Below, one piece after another: positions 1 to 13,861 of a stretch of 64,000 nucleotides of DNA (the stretch's first letter is position 1; every line of letters starts with the position of its first letter). The notes under the pieces were generated by a model, which worked only from the letters and a program-made list of their open reading frames with translations, was not told the origin of the DNA and ran no database searches. The translations under genes and the position numbers were made by a program. The stretch is from Tubiluchus corallicola (Eukaryota; Animalia; Priapulida). The stretch lies in contig JAQGDQ010000250.1 of NCBI GenBank assembly GCA_030141605.1, forward strand, positions 1 through 64,000. The letters are read 5' to 3'.

Positions 1-59
1 TGAACAACAAAGATAAATACGTGTATTAGCATTCATGTTATTTCAGAATGTGAAGGAAG

Positions 60-670
<611 letters not shown>

Positions 671-926
671 GACATGTTTTTCAGACAGAGCGAGGCTGAA
701 AAACAAGACTTTAAATTACAATATCAATAATGAACTGGTTGTTATTACCTCATCCGTGATAAACGCGCGCATTTAAAGTAAAAATCAAGCGGTGTGTTTT
801 TTCAATTTTTTAGAAATAAAACATAAATGATTCACTTCCCTTTTTAACTTTATTACATGGCGTAATGCAATGGTGCGCCTTACATACGTACGATATTTTC
901 CACTACTTGTTCGAAATAATAAATTG

Positions 927-1352
927 AACCTAGCCACTGGGGGGGGGGGGGCAAGCCAGCCCAACTCAGTGCCGGTCCCAAGCCCGGATAAATAGGGAGG
1001 GTTAGGGTCAGGAAGGGCATCCGCCTGTAAAAACTGCGCCAAAACCTTCTATGAATGAGTCGGTGAGACTTAAAGGTAAAGTCCACAAAGCAGTGGTCAA
1101 ACCCGCTCTAATCTATGGGCTGGAAGCAGCTTCTCTAAAGAAGACCGAAGAGAAGAAAATGGATGTGGTGGAGATGAGGATGTTGAGATGGAGGGACACC
1201 TGAAAAGAAGAGTCGGTGAAGATCATGTGGGGAGGGAGGCCTTAGAGAGAAGAACGTAAACGAAGAGATGGTCATCAACAGGAATGCGTGGAGAAAACTC
1301 ATTCACAACGGCGACCCCGCAAGGGAAAAGCTGGGAAGAAGAAGAAGAAGAA
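927..1352 (+). mobile_element. Internally deleted non-autonomous RTE-clade (Expander/REX3-like) retroelement
   Basis: RTE 5'UTR-like motif GCCGGTCCCAAGCCCGGATAAA...GTCAGGAAGGGCATCCG. ORF C-terminal remnant LKGKVHKAVVKPALIYGLEAASLKKTEEKKMDVVEMRMLRW. 3' end GGCGACCCC...(GAA)n. 18-bp TSD GTTC(G/A)AAATAATAAATTG at 909-926 and 1353-1370. Confidence 0.85.
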
Positions 1353-2818
1353 GTTCAAAATAATAAATTGGGTTTTGTTCTTGGAGTTAGCATCCTATCT
1401 TTGATCCTGAAACCTCATTTCGACCTCACACAAACGAAGTCTGATTGATCAAAGTTTTTGGGAACGAACATTGACGATCTCAAATGCAAATCAATACATG
1501 CCAACTGCAGCCCAAACAGGTAAGGTTGGAGAAATTACTTTAAACAGGTGTCAGAAAAGTATTTTTAACACAGAAGATCAGTTAGAAACGTTTGGACAAG
1601 ATTCCAGTGATTCCAGTAACCTATTGCACCAGATCCTAAGACCAAAGAAGAAAATTTTTTACTATATTTTTGGTTTAAACATATTGTATTGAAGGTTTAA
1701 CCTATCTATGTTTGAAACAGACAGTTTTACAACTGATATTAACTTCTTCACTAGTGGGAGCGAACGGTACACAGATTCAGAACAATGGTACCACAATGTA
1801 CAAAAAATGTTGCAATATATCTGAACATTAGTATGTAACAAGAGTAAAAAAGTAAATACTATTTAAAGCGCTTAGTGTTTGAAATAAAAGCACCAAAACA
1901 AAAATTTGAGTGTTCATGGAATTATCTAGGGTATGGTTCCCCTGCAGGAACAAACGTACAAGTTCATTTGTTGCAAGCCTGTAAACACTAATGTTAAAAG
2001 CTGACAAAAGAATGCAGAGATTTGTAAATAAGTGATGTCTGGTCTGATGGTAAAGAAAGGTGGCTACTATATTTTTGCTGTTGAAGTTCTACGACTCAAA
2101 AAAGTTTCTAAGTAAATAATTTCCTTTGTTACTTTTCTGGGAGAAAAAACCAATTTGAGGATATAACTCAAGCTCCGCCGATATAGACTCTCAACGAAGT
2201 CTATTTCAAAATATACTGACTTCTTTGCTGTTTGTTAAAGCATGTTCGTGCAAACCGTTATTATAAACGGTGCATCTTCAGTAGCACTGTAGTAAAAGTA
2301 ATAAATGAACCATTTGCAATACGCAGAAACTGAAATGCCAACTTGCCTATTTCTCATTACTGTTATAAACAAGAAGATTGCGCCTAGAAATGAACGAGGA
2401 AAGCCTCGTAATTTGACATTATTATAAAACATGAAAAATTTAGCGTCTTAACACAAGGAAAAATTATATTTGTTGGAACTCAAATGACAAGTAGACGGTT
2501 TTCTTTTGGTAAATATTGCAATATGAAATTCGGTGTTCACGGGGCGAAAGCTGTGGAAAATAAAGGTAAAGAAGAGAAACGTGAGATGTCACAGCTGGGG
2601 AAAATATTCTAACACAGAAACTTTTCAAGAATAGTTTGTTTGCTGTGTGACATTGACTATGAAACACGAACACTTCAAATTTCTGCTTTATCCCTGGACT
2701 AACACGTTTCATCACCAGCTGTTCAGATGTCATGACTGAAAAGCGTTCCCCTGATCAGGCACAACACCGTGTCTTTGCGCAGCGCGTTTCAGAGTGGCAA
2801 GCGTTTGCTATTGGCCAT

Positions 2819-3381
2819 TGTTGTTGTTGGCATCCTTCTGTCTCGGAAGATAATGGAGTGTGCGCCGAGAGAGTCAGTTATTGATCACATTGATGGAGCT
2901 GCAGCATCGACTGTGGCTGAGCAGTCCGATCCTTGAACCACTGGAATGACCTCTCCAGGGCACACGCTTGGGCAAGGTGTATGGAGATCTTGAGTTGCCC
3001 AGACAACAGGAACCCCCTCTCTTCCTCCCTGGTGTAGTCCAAAGGAAAGCGGAGCGATACGTTTGGCACCAGGTTGGCTGCAGGAGCTGCCGGAGTCAGT
3101 GAGCATGCTGCACTAGTCCGCCTTTGGGGCTCCACTCCTGATTTAGAAGGTTTACTCCTCTACACATGGCCGTTGAGTCACTTGACCTCCTCCGCCCTCT
3201 AGCCGTTGGCTGCTTGTGCAGTTCCTCCGCCTAATGTCGAGATACAGTGTGGGCATCCCGCAAGCCTACAGCACCTGGTATTCCTAGGCGGTCACCCATC
3301 CAAGCACTAACTAGGCTCTACGTTGTTTATTTTCGCTGAGCAGACGAGAACCGGTGTTTTCAACGTGATTTGGCCGTAGTT
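2819..3381 (-). mobile_element. 5S rRNA-derived SINE (SINE3 type) with an RTE-like body and (CAA)n tail
   Basis: Full-length 5S-like head at 3381-3262. Body motifs CTCCTGCAGCCAACCTGGTGCCAAACG, TTCCTTTGGACTACA and CACACTCCATT..CGAGACAGAAGGATGCC recall RTE-derived non-autonomous elements. Ends in CAACAACAA. Imperfect TSD TATTGGCCAT (2809-2818) / TATGGCCAT (3381-3389). Confidence 0.8.
3262..3381 (-). pseudogene. 5S rRNA-like sequence (SINE head, not a functional 5S gene)
   Basis: Minus strand reads ACTACGGCCAAATCACGTTGAAAACACCGGTTCTCGTCTGCTCAGCGAAAATAAACAACGTAGAGCCTAGTTAGTGCTTGGATGGGTGACCGCCTAGGAATACCAGGTGCTGTAGGCTT, colinear with metazoan 5S rRNA over about 120 nt. It has substitutions and no oligo-T terminator follows. 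Confidence 0.9.
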
Positions 3382-4746
3382 ATGGCCATATAGATAACTA
3401 AAACATGCAACAATAAAATACTAAGCAAGTACTAACTAAATTGGCCTTCAGCGACTGAAACTCTTTAATGTAACTCGTTTACAAAAAACTCTCATTCAGC
3501 CTTTTAGATCGAAGATTATTTTGAGTTATGGTCTAAAATATGGTATCGTTTTCCTTTAATTTTGAGACTCGAGGTATAGCTAATGTATTTTTCAGAAACC
3601 TTTTTCAAACCATTAGCACACGTCACAAGAATTTAATAACAACAGCAATAAAATACAAGGAATTTTGTCAGCTGACACGAGTGAGCTTCTTGAATTCGTT
3701 AACCGCAAAACTGATTTCAAAAACGTTTTCGGTAGTTATTTTAGCGAAATCGAGCAAAACTCAGCACTCAATTATTGCAAACGACAGTTTCATTACTCGT
3801 GGAGTTTAATGTAAATGTATTGCAGGTGGTCTTGAATATCCAATGTTTTTCTATAGCATTAATTTTCTCATTTCTTATCATCAGGCACTTGAACATTGCT
3901 ATTATAACAGCAAACTGCAAATGACAGGTATTAGCTCTCGCTAAGACGTTGTAAAAGCCATAGACGTTCTTTGTTTTAGTAAAAGACGAGCATAAGAAGT
4001 AGGAAACGGTCGCATTGTGTTTACGTTTTCTGAATGCAACGAAAACACGAATGAATGAATGAATGCACGAAGTAACCATTTTCACAAATTAACGTCTTGA
4101 CTTGTCTGTGTAGGCAGGTTTCCAGTTCAGGGAACATTGTCAACACACCCACTGGATGTTTGCGTCACGTTACAGGAAAAAATAATTCTTGTTTTTTGGC
4201 TTCAACAATAAACGTGAGAAAATTGGCAGAATAAAGATCTTTTCGAAGTGCGAACAATAACAACATTAATGACGATAATAAACAGAAAATAAAAGACCCA
4301 CTCTTATTATAATACGTAATATAAGTAAGAATACAAGCAAACTGTATTAAAAACAACACGAAGATGCTGCTCTATTCTTAATTGTCGACCTTAAAAAACA
4401 TTTTTCACAAAAATAAATAATATATATGTTGAATGTTTAAATTTTACTGATAAACTCTATATCATTGATCCCTAGTCTTATTAACCTTTGATCGTTTGGC
4501 TTATTGATCCAACTGGTTTATAGGTTTTTCGGAACAAGTGTTTTGACCAGTAGACAACAGGCTCACTGCACTATTGTTGTGTCGTAGTACCTTAGTGTAG
4601 CTTTATAGAAAGTTGGTGAAGGTTGTCAGATTTGGCACGTCAAAATCATGTTAAGTAACACGACACGACAATTAAAATAGACAATTAAGCTAATTAAACT
4701 TAATAGATGCTTATATTAAATTTAATTAGTTACGACCATTGGTTTT

Positions 4747-5256
4747 TGGCGCGTTCAGACGCAGAGACTTCTCTCTGGGAATAAAGTTGCACGTGTGAAC
4801 GGCTTGGCAACTTCTCTCGCAACTTATTGCAAACTCGAGCAATAGCTTGCAAGAGAAATTGTCAAGCCGTTCACACGTGCGACTTTACTTTCAGAGAGAA
4901 ATTGTCAAGCCGTTCACACGTGCGACTTTACTCTCAGAGAGAAGTTGTGCAACAAGTTGCAAGAGAAGTTGCCTAGCCGTTCACACGTGCGACCTTACTC
5001 TCAGAGAGAAGTTGTGCAACAAGTTGCAAGGGAAGTTGTCTAGCCGTGCACACGTGCGCCTTACTCTCAGAGAGAAGTTGTGCAACAAGTTGCAAGGGAA
5101 GTTGCCTAGCCGTTCGCACGTGCAACCTTACTCCCAGAGAGAAGTTGTGCAACAAAATGCAAGAGAAGTTGCCTAGCCGTTCACACGTGCGACCTTACTC
5201 TCAGAGAGAAGTTGTGCAACAACTTGCGAGAGGAGTCTGTGCTTCTGAACGCACCA
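4747..5256. mobile_element. PIF/Harbinger-like MITE containing a 67-bp internal tandem array
   Basis: TIRs TGGCGCGTTCAGACGCAGAGACTTCTCTC / TGGTGCGTTCAGAAGCACAGACTCCTCTC (reverse complement of right end), 3-bp TTT flanks. About 4.5 copies of GCCGTTCACACGTGCGACCTTACTCTCAGAGAGAAGTTGTGCAACAAGTTGCAAGAGAAGTTGCCTA, plus an inverted partial unit at the left end. Confidence 0.8.
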
Positions 5257-5856
5257 TTTATTATTTTACTTAAATCACACAGAAACTTTTCAAACAATAC
5301 AGCTTTCTTTATACCCGGATCTAGTAATCAATGTCCTCTATTATACATTGATGGTTATGGCAGGAAATAAGGGGCGAATGGCAGATCCAACCGCCCATAA
5401 GCAGTTTTTTCATTAGTCACCTATCCATTTATTGACCAGATCTAGCATTGTCTGACTTCCCTTTTAAATGCGCACTCGAAATTCTCGCTTGTTTTCTCTC
5501 CTGTTTTCTTAATAAAATTTCTATGAGCTGACACATTAATGACCGTCGGCTGCTAACATGAACTTCAAAGCGAAGAGAAACGCAGTTATACATTTACCCG
5601 ACTAAACCAGATTACCAGCTTGGTTGAATAAGTGCCTTGAAAAAAACTACTGGAAAAGCAGATGTGGGGTAAATATGATAGGCGCTGATGTTTTTAAGTT
5701 AAAATTGACGCAGAATTTACAAAATATTAGCTTGAATTGTGAAAAATGAACCCAACACACACTGTAACTTCTGAAAAACGGGAAGTCAGTATGCATACAG
5801 TAAAAATAATGAGTTTGGATGACACTTATAGTGTTTGACCGGGCACTAACATCTAA

Positions 5857-6027
5857 GGCTCCGCGCACATATGCAATTTGCAATTGCACAATTAAAAATT
5901 GCATGTTTGCGCGCTCTCATCGAAAACAGCTCATTACAAAACAGTTGCCAACTCAAAATTTGAGCCCAGTTATTTACTTTTGCAACTTTTACTTGCGCAG
6001 CTGAAAATTGCATGTCTGCGCGGGGCC
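5857..6027. mobile_element. Tourist/Harbinger-like MITE, 171 bp
   Basis: TIRs GGCTCCGCGCACATATGCAATTT / GGCCCCGCGCAGACATGCAATTT, with a TAA TSD at 5854-5856 and 6028-6030. Confidence 0.85.
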
Positions 6028-8370
6028 TAACTGTCACTTGACATACTTCTAAGCACCTACACCCAAATGCATATAAAAAGGTTTATCAATTCACATCGCA
6101 ATGTTGCAAAAATCACCAACGATTAGATTAGTTCAGTAATACTAAAGTTCTGCGTGAGAATGGCCATAACTTGGAGACAAATTATAGGACAAGTTTGACG
6201 TAAACAGTTTCATTTCAAATAAGTACGTATTAACTGTCTCACAACTGCTTACACCATCATAAAATTACATGTATTGGTTTGCGAATATATTTGCTTATTG
6301 ACGATTTGCAATTCATACAATTACAAGTTACAATACATTACATAAACAATGCAATAAACTGCACAGACAGAACCCCGCACATGGGCTATAATCGTTTATA
6401 TATAAAATTTGTGTGTGTGACCCTTTGACGCCATATCCTTGATACTTTTCTCTGCCTATTGAAGATACGTGATGAGTCTCACAAAAAAGTAATTAATTTT
6501 TAACACAATTAATAAATAGTTCAGACCGCAATATTTAACAATAACTTGAAGGTTGTGACATGGCGGAGACTGCTCACATGTTATGCGTGCGCATACTAAA
6601 TAGTTCTTGAGATATCATTGCAACCCCTTAACTGCAAATTAGAGGTGTATTTTTCCTTTAACAAAAAATTATCATACAAGCTTGAATATGAATTAAGAAA
6701 TTGTAACAGACTATTGTTTTACTGACTTTTCAATTGTATATGTTACTGACACTTTGCTGACCAAGTATGATTAAATAACAGAAACACAATGAGTTCAATT
6801 TTAAGCACAATAGCACAACTGGTGCTTAAACTTATAATCTTGCTTGGGAAATTGCTTATAACATTTGATGCTTATGAGAACTTTAATTACTGGACACAGC
6901 ATTTGGTATTCGACAATGCTAAAAAATACTGGTTATAATGTTATCATGTTAAATTCACAAGTAACGCGAATGAACTGTTTAACGATAAATATGCTCAATT
7001 TTAGCACTTTCGCTGCTCTAGTTGTAGTAGTATAACCGTGCTACGGCCATGTATACATAGCTTAGCTGTGTATTAGCGTTTTCTAGCCATCAAGGTTCCC
7101 CGAATGAATACGTTTTATCCTTTGCCTTTATAGAGTCGGAATTATGCTCACTTAGGGAATCTAGCAACATTGTTGGCGGCAATAGTTGATGCTAATTCCA
7201 CTAAGATGACTGTTGCTGTGGTCTTAAGGGAACTACTGTGTGTTGTGAAAGGGAACGTTAACCATGACAGTTTATGTAATAAATAAGCTAAATGAAAGTA
7301 TCGATAAGGTACAGGTACATCAGCGAATCAGGTACATCAAATATACAATATACTATGTTGAAAACACGATTTACATGATATGTGCTTCACATTTTCTGCC
7401 AAACGATCGACATAGAATGCACAACAAACATAGACTGCCGAGAGAACGGTGTCCAATGTTGAAGAAGCGACAATCATTTTCTGCCCGTCGCGCGTCCTTG
7501 TGCGCAGGTGGATAAATCATAAATTGCGTGCAATGAAAAACTTCGTCGAAATATTGGCCGGATTTTGTTTCATAGCTGTTGCGCAAATTTCAAATTGCGT
7601 AGGAAACAAAGTATCAAACATCAGCTAAAATATCACCACGTGCCACGCTATATATAATTATATGGGAATTACCCATATCAACAAGATTTTTTTATTTAGC
7701 GGAGTTCTTTAAAAAACTTAGTAACACAAAGCTCTTTACTGTGCCCACTCATCGTTCAATGCTTTTATCTAATTTTTACCTGTCGATAAGCCTATGATCC
7801 AACAACTCGACGAAAGAACAGAAAATTAAATTAGGCCTAATGGGTAATACGAAAAACAGCAACATAGTGACTGTCTTTCTTAGGCAATAGTTTACAATAA
7901 TGAATAGCAACCACCGATTGATGCAAATTAGCGTGTTCATCATAACTTCGAAAAATATTGTAAAATGATACATGTGAAACGTAATATTGATACAAAAGAC
8001 TTCAAATAAACAGTTAGTAATGACAACTTTCTAGAGGTGGGTGGACAGCACAATAAGCAAGTTATAAATAAACGAAAAGTTTCATTTTACTGATCGTGTG
8101 TTCAGGCGTAACGTTTTATAAGAAGTTTCAGAAAATTGTAATCTCGATCTGACGAACAATGGCAACTAGAGAATTGAAGTTTAACAGTTGACTATAGTTT
8201 AAGTTGAATTTTTAATAAACTTGAAACCCATTGTTGCCAACAATAAGAAACATAAACATGGACGACACTTTACACGTTTATTCCAAAAGCAACAAAAAAC
8301 ATAGGCATTTCGGGACCGTTACTGGCTCCTAACTTCCTCCGTGCAAAAATTAGTAATTTGTAATTAGGCA

Positions 8371-8547
8371 CACTCTTTAGAATGCGAAATCTTTGAACAA
8401 CTTCGATTAAAATACAGTTTTCCGTATATTTATTAGAGCTATTCAAGGAACAAATAAACGTTTCACATTTTAAAAAGTGTATGAAGACACTTTCTGTATT
8501 TTAATCAAAGTTATTCAAAGATTTCGCATTTAATTTTTTAAGGAGTG
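8371..8547. mobile_element. Small foldback/MITE-like inverted repeat
   Basis: Arm AATGCGAAATCTTTGAACAACTTCGATTAAAATACAG (about 8381-8417) is the reverse complement of about 8494-8530; outer CACTC/GAGTG ends. Confidence 0.65.
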
Positions 8548-11500
8548 CGTATAATACAAATTTAAAATTATGTACTTTTCGTGTTTTCTGGAACAAAAAG
8601 AACGCAGCGTATCATCTACGAGTTCATATATAATGCTTGATTTCTTGTCGTTAAGCCATTATAGGGGTGATTGTAAAAAAGACTAGAGAGCACTGCTGTA
8701 CAAGTAGTGCAATGATTTTCATAATGATTGGGAAGACTTTCTCCCGAGGACTTCCTATTAAATTTGACTCCCAAATACAGATCTTGAAATTGGATGAAAA
8801 TACTAACAAAAAGTAATGTAATTTTTTTTAGAACATATTTATTTGATATCAGAATTGATAATAAAGGCAGGCGAACTACACTTATATCTCTTCCGATGCC
8901 TGTTTTAACAATTTAAAAATCTTTTTCCTCATTTTAATACTCAAACCAACTTCATCAAAAATTAATAAGCTCTCTAGGTGGGTAGAAACAACTTTTGGAC
9001 TGGCAAAAGGCATAAAATAAAAAAGAATTGCAAATCTCACGCCTGCATTAGCTATACAATGAAAGAACATAGTATGCAGTCAAAGTCACACATAAAAGCC
9101 TACATACATACAATATAAATAAAAATATTATAAATTATAGAAATATAATTGTAAATTAAAATGAATCTTAACGTTGGTTTTGAGCATTAGACCTAAGTAA
9201 AATGACATGGATGTCCCGAAATTACCCCCTCAAATCAATTTTATTGTCGTACACGTATCACGCACCTAGTCACGCATGCACACACGCTCAACGAAGTTGG
9301 CTTCCAATTACGGTCACCACCTGGACAAAGTATATTTTAGTAATTGCTGTACTGTGACCTGGTATTCTCACCTGTGCCTGCCCCTGTGTTTACTGCACTA
9401 CGGCTTGACGCATTTGATCCAGAACACACTTATTAATACTGACACCGATCAAGCATTGTGAATAATTGCATTAAATCATTAAGGCCTCGCCGGGGGTCGC
9501 TGTAATACCGCGTGCATTAACAGCACATTGGCTTTTCTAAACGCTGATGCATAAACCTGACTAAATTAGTTAACCTACCTGTGTTAGGGACACCGCTATG
9601 CACTGAAATAATAACCGCTTTTGTACGCGCAAATGAAAATGATAAACACGGAGGCGAAGTGGCAAAAACATGTATAAGCGCGGCTGGCTTCATTTTACAT
9701 TATCATAACACAAGCTTATGTCACAACAGAAAACACACGTATGTGTGACTAATTTTTAGACTGTGTTTTAACTCATCTTTTGTGATTAACAATTACCCAA
9801 AAAACAAAACTAAATAGGAACATTATAAAGTGGACAAACTCAAAAATTAAAAATGCATCAAAAGATCAAAAAAATAAAATAAAATAACGTGAATAAAATT
9901 TACAGCATAACAGCTTTTATTCGATTTGATGTTTTGTCGTAAAAGCTGTTACCTTTTAAATTTTATTAACATATTTGGATTTTCAGATTAGAACAAGGTT
10001 CCCGCAACAAATCAATGGACAATTCAGTTTAAATAGTTATAGCAAAAGTGATAGTACGTTCACATATACTATATCAAAGCGTGAAATTATTCAAGCAAAT
10101 TTTATAAATTACATGTAGCAATCACAAATGAGATTAAGCTTACACTTTGAAAATTGACTCTGCTGAAATATCCAAGAAGTGTTTTAATCATCAAAAATGC
10201 GCTGCAAGTTCTGAATGAAACTTATTGCTCTGTAATTACAAAAATTATTAACTTTTCCGATTTTGCATTTAATCAAGTGACATAATTGATTAAAGGAAAG
10301 ACAAAGCCATCTGAGAAGTTTGGCTTATTTCAATTTTCGTAGAAAATGTTAGAAAGATTTAGTAATAGACGTTTTAATCGTGTAATTCAGATCGTGATTA
10401 TTTCATGCTTGGGCGCTCCCGTTTTGAATGTCTAGTCTTTCACCAATGACGTCATTCATCGACTGACTAAAAGCAGCGTACTGACAATTTCTTCAAAAGT
10501 ATAATAGTTTTCACAAAAAAACAGGAAGGCAATTTTGCATGAACATTGGGTAGGCTGAAAAAGTTTAAATTACTTTAAGCAAAGCGCGCTTAAGAAAAGT
10601 CATGAAGTCCACCAGTGACGTCGTAATTTTCAAGTGAATGGTGGACACCACCGCACCTGAAAATTTCTATACAGCGGCAGTATAAACTAACTTTATGCTT
10701 TGTAGACGTTTTTTGCACACAAGCAAGTGACTTGTACTTTCTTTCAATAAAATGTGGTGCCCCTTATTCTATTCTAATAAGCTGCACACTCTCGTCCAAG
10801 TTTTACCATATTTCATTACACCCTGCCAGTACAATTTATGTGAAGAGTGTTCGGTGGTCAATTGCTTGGTTTAAGAAGTTGTGACGTTCTTTTTGAAGAT
10901 CTTCAAGTATTCATTCTGCTAGTTATTTCCACAGCGTAAGCTTCATTGTAAGAATTGTTTAAGACTGAATTGGCACTGTTAACCTTAGTTTACATATCTT
11001 GCACAAGTAACTTTATAACGTTTAAAATGATTAATGTAAGTAAATTACGTAGTACTTTTTTCAAATTGTTTAATTTCAAAAATTATTTGCAATTATTTAT
11101 CATGAAGGCGTACAGTACATATTAGTGCCAAGTTAACTTGGTTTTTTGGTACCACCATAGTATGTTTTTTATTCCACGACATGCCGATCCGTGCAGCGGT
11201 TCGACGACGCGCTTGGCCAATTTAAAAAGCTCTGAATGAAGCACATCGGCAAGGGGGTTTTAAGCCCACCTTGGATTGTTAACTCTCTAAGCAGCATTTC
11301 AGCTCTCTTGTGAAAGCTGAATAATAATCTTGTTTCATTAAAAATAAAAAGCGTTTCTTTTCTTGGAGTTCTGACTGACACGACAGGAGGAAACAAGAAT
11401 GAACGTATTCTATAGCAAACCAGTTGTTTATACCTGGTCGATGTATGAATAAATTTCGCGTACTAGTTAACAGGCTGGGATCTAATCAACTTGCTTCTAG

Positions 11501-12796
11501 AACATTTGATTTTGCTAATATCCGGGCTATTTGTAGCGCTCTCACGCCTCAGACGCAAAACACGTCGAGGTTTTCTTTGAATGCTTGCTTCACGATGTAT
11601 TGTGCGTCACTATTTCACAATGCAACCCTGGATGCTGGTCACGTGATTAGTAGAAATAATTGCGGCACGGCGTCTAGCAACAACAACAACAATTCTGTTG
11701 TGCTTTAGTCGAAAAATTATTAGGCCACACTATTTACATAATTTGTTATTATGAAAATTTCGTTTTTCATTTAATTTTTAATCTCCGCTAACAATTATTA
11801 TTAGTAGTCTGTCGTTAATGCAGGTAATCACTTCTTTCCGTAGTCAAAATAAATCCATCCCACATTTTAAAAAGACATTTTTGCAAATGGAAATACGAGG
11901 TCTGCGCGCGACAATATCAAGACAATCAGAAACTAAATAAACTGAAATGAGGTTGAAAAACTGAAGTACACAGTCATTAAAATTTCAGACAATAACAATG
12001 TAGTCTTGTTTTTGAAGCGTTTGCTTTCAACACATTAAAAGAGGTTGTGCATAGGCACAATTTATTGTATGTAAATGGAAATTCTCGTTTCAATATTTTT
12101 TAAAACATTTCTTACATAGAAACAAAAACGTAAATAGCAGAAAGTCCCTTTTAACGAGAATCAAGACGACAGACTTGGTTAAAGATATTACTCCCGAATC
12201 TCCGTCTTCAGTTCAACCTGATTTGCTGAAAATGGCAACAAGATTCATGAGAGTACAATTCAGTCTTTGTTGCATGTGGAAGTTTTCCTGTGGCGCCCCT
12301 GGTGGTTAGAAACTTGAGAAATGGTTAGAAGTTCCATCTAATGAACCTTTGGTTTGTCATCTCGAGTGAACTTGTCCAATTGATCTCATCACAAGGTTAC
12401 AAGGTTACGATGCACACGGTATAAATTTAGAAAAGTTTCAATTAGCCTACGCTGATAATCCGCGTTTTGCCACACTCGTAAAAACTGAAAAGTTTGACCG
12501 TTGTTCATCTGCATACTGACCACTATCAACATTGCTACCTTTGACCACATCAAGGACCGTTTATTACACCATCTCCGTAAATGTAGCTAAAACCGACCTG
12601 TTTCAAACCAAGTACTCCATGACTGTGCCAGTTTTTTTTTCTGCCAATCAAACGTCACTGTCATCATGTCAGTACTCTTTCCATGTCCATAGGGCATAGA
12701 TTAAAACATCAAAGAGATGAATTAACAGCGTTAATCACCAAGTACAGTTAAATTGCTAGCCAAAAACAATGCGCGCAAGATGCATCTCTATATTAT

Positions 12797-12841
12797 GTGT
12801 GTGTGTGTGCGTGCGTGAGTGCGTGCGTGCGTGCGTGCGTG

Positions 12842-12879
<38 letters not shown>

Positions 12880-12967
12880 CGTGTGTATGCATATATGAGG
12901 ATGTGTGTGTGTGTGCGTGCGTGCGTGCGTGTGTGTGTGTGTATGCGTGTGTGTGCATATATGAGGA

Positions 12968-12999
<32 letters not shown>

Positions 13000-13045
13000 T
13001 GTGTGTGTGTGTGTGTGTGTATGCGTGTGTGTGCATATATGAGGA

Positions 13046-13077
<32 letters not shown>

Positions 13078-13086
13078 TGTGTGTGT
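12797..13086. repeat. Compound (GT)/(GCGT) microsatellite with a 3-fold higher-order unit
   Basis: Anchor CATATATGAGGAT recurs at about 12890, 12956 and 13035. Confidence 0.95.
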
Positions 13087-13718
13087 CTAATGTCTTCAAA
13101 TTTCATCAAGTTAACGTACGTCAAATTACATCATTGCGTTTTTGTAACAATCCTATCATAAAAAGTGCAACAGCAAGATTTTCGTATGCACATTCAATAG
13201 AGCTTCTTAACATACAGCAAAGATTCTTTTATCTATAAGAATACGGAATTTTGTTGCATTTGCTAAGTGAGGAAAGTCAAATCAAATACCAAAACATGCG
13301 TACTAGTCTGACAATTATTGTAATTGACACAATGCACGAATGCGAGTTAACTGCCACAAATAACATTATCAATTACAGTAAGCGATCCCCTGTGTAAAGT
13401 GAATTTATACGATTTACTTGCTATATGATTACCAGGCAGATGATAAGAGAAAGTTTGTTTTATCACTTTTGCGACTAGATTTATGCAAAGAAAACAATTG
13501 CTTTTTTGACTCAGAAGAAAAACACTGCATCACTTAATGTCATCGTTAACTAGTAATGGCGCAAATACACTATATGCATATACGTATTAGTTTTTCTATA
13601 AACTAATTAATATGCTATCGATATTTTTTATACTAATAGGTCATCCAGTGAGGATTAAAGAGAAGCCACAAATTAGCTGAGATATAGGTGTTAAATTGCC
13701 ATGGCATTTTCTGTTAGG

Positions 13719-13861
13719 CACAACTGTTTGTGGTGTATTAGGGACTTTGTATTATGTTACTCTAATAGAAATACAGCTAGTAGATCACAACTGTTTGTGG
13801 TGTATTAGGGACTTTGTATTATGTTACTCTAATAGAAATACAGGTGTGATCTACTAGCTGT
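13719..13861. repeat. 58-bp perfect tandem duplication with an inverted templated spacer
   Basis: 13719-13776 equals 13786-13843; junction 13773-13789 is the exact reverse complement of 13845-13861. Confidence 0.95.

Noticed and set aside
2236-2285. Second hammerhead on the minus strand (CTGAAGA...hairpin...CGAAC)
   Set aside because: GAAC instead of GAAA, and no convincing stem I or cleavage triplet.
3262-3381. Functional 5S rRNA gene
   Set aside because: Single copy, substituted, no T-run terminator, and continuous with a SINE body and tail.
7371-7586. ECL2 exon candidate; also NDQTVC near 17880
   Set aside because: The nearest acceptors give immediate or early stops in the required phase.
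7776-7973. GPCR TM5 exon (LLFFVLP); also ILFYFMPF at 8882-9070
   Set aside because: No suitable phase-0 acceptor or ECL2 context, and the following residues do not fit TM5 (no Y5.58).
9372-9556. Exon-like segment on the minus strand (CTAAT...CAG to GTGAGA)
   Set aside because: Stops in all three frames and a weak pyrimidine tract; cannot be supported without RNA data.
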